The notes under the pieces were generated by a model. It saw only the letters and a program-made list of their open reading frames with translations, was not told the DNA's origin and ran no database searches. 64,000 nt of DNA, from contig NW_021832125.1 in assembly GCF_006345805.1 (NCBI RefSeq), positions 124,001-188,000 of the forward strand, in the 5' to 3' direction. Shown here one piece after another: positions 60,083 to 64,000 of the stretch; position 1 is the stretch's first letter; each line of letters begins with the position of its first letter. Source of the DNA: Octopus sinensis. Its lineage: Eukaryota. A program made the translations under genes and the position numbers.

Positions 60083-63000
60083 TATACAATAAATTGCGTA
60101 ATATTTTATGCAATTTTGGGAGCTCCTTAGATGTGAGAATATGGGGCTACTTGAGATTATGTAATAAATTGCGTAAATATATGCAAATTTTGGGAGGTCC
60201 CTAAATGTGAGCATATGGGGTACTTGAGATTATGCAATAAATACGTAATATTTATGCAATTTTGGAATGTCCCTAAATGTGAGCATATGTGGGGGTATGA
60301 GATTTTGTAATAAATTACGTAATATTTATGCAATTTGGAATGTTCCCAAATGTGAGCAATGGGGTTACTTGAGAGTATGTTTAATAGCATAATATATTAT
60401 GCAACTTTGGGAGCTCCTTAGATGTGAGCATATGGGGTTACTTGAGATTATGTTATAAATTGCGTAATATATTATGCAATTTTGGGAGCTCCTTAGATGT
60501 GAGGATATGGGGGTATTTTAGATTATGGCAATAATTGCGTAATATTTATGCAATTTGGGAGTCCCTAGATGTGGGCATATAGGGGTACTTGAGTTATGCA
60601 ATAAATTGCGTAATTATATATGCATTTTTGGGAGGTCCCTAAATGTGAGCATATTGGGGGTACTTGAGATTATGCAAATAAATTACGTAAAATATTATGC
60701 AATTTTAGGAGCTCTTTAGATGTGTGCATATAGGGGTACTTGAAAGTATACAATAAATTGCGTAATATATTATGCAATATTGGGAGTTCCCTAGATGTGT
60801 ACATATGCGGGTACTTGAGATTATGAAATAAATTACGTAATATTTTATACAATTTTGGGAGGTCCCTAAATGTGAGCATATGAGGGTACTTGAGATTATG
60901 CAATAAATTACGTAATATTTTATGCAATTTTGGAATGTCCCTAAATGTGAGCATATGGGGGTACTTGAGATTATGCAATAAATTACGTAATATTTTATGC
61001 AATTTTGGAATGTCCCTAAATGTGAGCATATGGGGGTACTTGAGATTATGTTATAAATAGCATAATATATTATGCAACTTTGGAAGCTCCCTAGATGTGT
61101 GCATATAGGGGTACTTGAGATTATGCAATAAATTACGTAATATTTTATACAATTTTAGGAGCTCCCGAGATGTGAGGAAATGGGGGTATTTTAGATTATG
61201 CAATAAATTGTGTAATATATTATGCAATTTTAGGAGTTCCCTAGATGTGTGCATATAGGGGTACTTGAAGTTATGCAATAAATTGCGTAATATATTATGC
61301 AATTTTGGGAGGTCACTAAATGTGAGCATATGGGGGTACTTGAGATTATGCAATAAATTACGTAATATTTTATACAATTTTGGGAGCTCCCTGGATGTGA
61401 GCATATGCGGGTACTTTAGATTATGTAATAAATTGCGTAATATTTTATGCAATTTTGGGAGCTCTTTAGATGTGAGGATATGGGGGTACTTGAGATTATG
61501 TAATAAATTGCGTAATATTTTATGGAATTTTGTGAGGTCTTTAAATGTGAGCATATGGGGGTACTTGAGATTATGAAATAAATTGCGTAATATTTTATGC
61601 AATTTTGGGAGCTCTTTAGATGTGACTATATGTGGCTACTTGAGATTATGTAATAAATTGCGTAATATATTATGCATTTTGGGAGCTCCACAGATGTGAG
61701 GATATGCGGGTACTTGAGATTATGCAATAAATTGCGTAATATATTATGCAATTTTGGAAGCTCCCTAGATGTGTGCATATGGGGGTACTTGAGATTATGC
61801 AATAAATTACGTAATATTTTATACAATTTTGGGAGCTCCACAGATGTGAGGATATGCGGGTACTTGAGATTACATGTGAGGATATGGGGGTACTTGAGAC
61901 TATGTATTTGAGATGTGCAATAAATTACGTAAAATATTATGCAATTTTAGGAGTTCATTAGATGTGTGCATATAGGGGTACTTGAAGTTATGCAATAAAT
62001 TGCGTAATATATTATGCAATTTTGGGAGGTCCCTAAATGTGAGCATATGGGGGTACTTGAGATTATGCAATAAATTACGTAATATTTTATACAATTTTGG
62101 GAGCTCCCTGGATGTGAGCATATGCGGGTACTTGAGATTATGCAATAAATTACGTAATATTTTATACAATTTTAGGAGCTCCCGAGATGTGAGGAAATGG
62201 GGGTATTTTAGATTATGCAATAAATTACGTAATATTTTATACAATTTTGGGAGCTCCCTAGATGTGTGCATATAGGGGTACTTGAAAGTATACAATAAAT
62301 TGCGTAATATTTTGTGCAATTTTGGGAGCTCCTTAGATGTGAGAATATGGGTGTACTTGAGATTATGTAATAAATTGCGTAATATATTATGCAATTTTGG
62401 AGGTCCCTAAATGTGAGCATATGGGGGTACTTGAGATTATGAAATAAATTGCGTAATATATTATGCAATTTTGGGAGGTCCCTAAATGTGAGCATATGGG
62501 GGTACTTGAGATTATGCAATAAATTACGTAATATTTTATACAATTTTGGGAGCTCCCTGGATGTGAGCATATGGGGGCACCTTAGATTATAAAATAAATT
62601 GCGTAATATTTTATGCAATTTTGGGAGCTCCTTAGATGTGAGGATATGGGGGGAAGTCTTTAAATGTGAGCATATGGGGGCACCTTAGATTATAAAATAA
62701 ATTGCGTAATATTTTATGCAATTTTGGGAGCTCCTTAGATGTGAGGATATGGGGGTACTTGAGATTATGTAATAAATTGCGTAATTTATTATGCAATTTT
62801 GGGAGGTCTTTAAATGTGAGCATATGGGGGTACTTGAGATTATGAAATAAATTGCGTAATATTTTATGCAATTTTGGGAGCTCTTTAGATGTGACTATAT
62901 GTGGCTACTTGAGATTATGTAATAAATTGCGTAATATATTATGCATTTTGGGATGTCCCTAAATCTGAGCATATGGGGTACTTGAGATTATGCAATAAAT

Positions 63001-64000
63001 TACGTAATATTTTATATACAATTTTGGGAGCTCCCTGGACGAGAGCATATGCGGGTATTTGAGATTATGTAAAATTGCGTAATTTATTATGCAAATTTGG
63101 GAGGTCTTTAAATGTGAGCATATGGGGGGTACTTGAGATTATGAAATAAATTGCGTAATATTTTATGCAATTTTGGGAGCTCTTTAGATGTGACTATATG
63201 TGGCTACTTGAGATATGTAATAAATGCGTAATATATATGCATTTTGGGATGTCCCTTAATGTGAGCATATGGGGGTACTTGAGATTATGCAATAAATTAC
63301 GTAATATTTTATACAATTTTGGGAGCTCCCTAGATGTGTGCATATAGGGGTACTTGAAAGTATACAATAAATTGCGTAATATATTATGCATTTTGGGATG
63401 TCCCTTAATGTGAGCATATGGGGGTACTTGAGATTATGCAATAAATTACGTAATATTTTATACAATTTTGGGAGCTCCCTAGATGTGTGCATATAGGGGT
63501 ACTTGAAAGTATACAATAAATTGCGTAATATTTTGTGCAATTTTGGGAGCTCCTTAGATGTGAGAATATGGGTGTACTTGAGATTATGAAATAAATTGCG
63601 TAATATTTTATGCAATTTTGGGAGCTCTTTAGATGTGACTATATGTGGCTACTTGAGATTATGTAATAAATTGCGTAATATATTATGCATTTTGGGATGT
63701 CCCTAAATGTGAGCATATGGGGGTACTTGAGATTATGAAATAAATTACGTAATATTTTATACAATTTTGGGAGCTCCACAGATGTGAGGATATGCGGGTA
63801 CTTGAGATTACATGTGAGGATATGGGGGTACTTGAGATTATGTATTTGAGATGTGCAATAAATTACGTAAAATATTATGCAATTTTAGGAGTTCCCTAGA
63901 TGTGTGCATATAGGGGTACTTGAAGTTATGCAATAAATTGCGTAATATATTATGCAATTTTGGGAGGTCCCTAAATGTGAGCATATGGGGGTACTTGAGA

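Larger units (their letters stand above)
49238..64000. repeat. 75-bp tandem satellite array, at least 14.7 kb including two pogo copies, running off the window
   Basis: Consensus approximately TTGAGATTATGCAATAAATTGCGTAATATATTATGCAATTTTGGGAGCTCCCTAGATGTGTGCATATAGGGGTAC; the 25-aa periodicity of the ORF track confirms the 75-nt period. Confidence 0.97.

Noticed and set aside
49238-64000. Long Leu-rich ORFs on both strands (up to 641 aa) with a 25-aa LRR-like period
   Set aside because: They follow from a 75-nt unit that happens to be stop-free. Variation between units is mostly amino-acid changing, some variants introduce stops, and frames run into transposon sequence. Ribosome profiling or proteomics could overturn this.

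Overview
AT-rich eukaryotic genomic DNA. It is animal, since it has a TGF-beta ligand, rootletin, a SORBS/CAP adaptor and ERCC1. Almost every intron I could reconstruct by hand is only 21-30 nt long, which suggests a dicyemid mesozoan (inference, not proven). Four recognisable host genes sit in two small islands (7.2-15.1 kb and 31.1-34.4 kb). Around them are deeply nested transposons: hAT elements with 8-bp TSDs (two look intact once micro-introns are spliced), pogo/Tigger, Helitrons, a Ginger-like element, and CRE-, RTE-, L2/Jockey-like and other RLE-type non-LTR retrotransposons. From about 49.24 kb to the window end lies a 75-bp satellite with two pogo copies embedded. The most notable observations are: an N-terminal PHD finger on the CRE retrotransposons; CRE fragments in tandem sharing a 27-bp junction motif (possible site-specific target); transposases carrying host-sized micro-introns; non-canonical micro-introns (GT-TG in ERCC1, GC-AG in the TGF-beta gene); a TGF-beta ligand lacking the dimerisation cysteine; and five-level transposon nesting. 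All calls come from manual reading and translation; no database searches were run.
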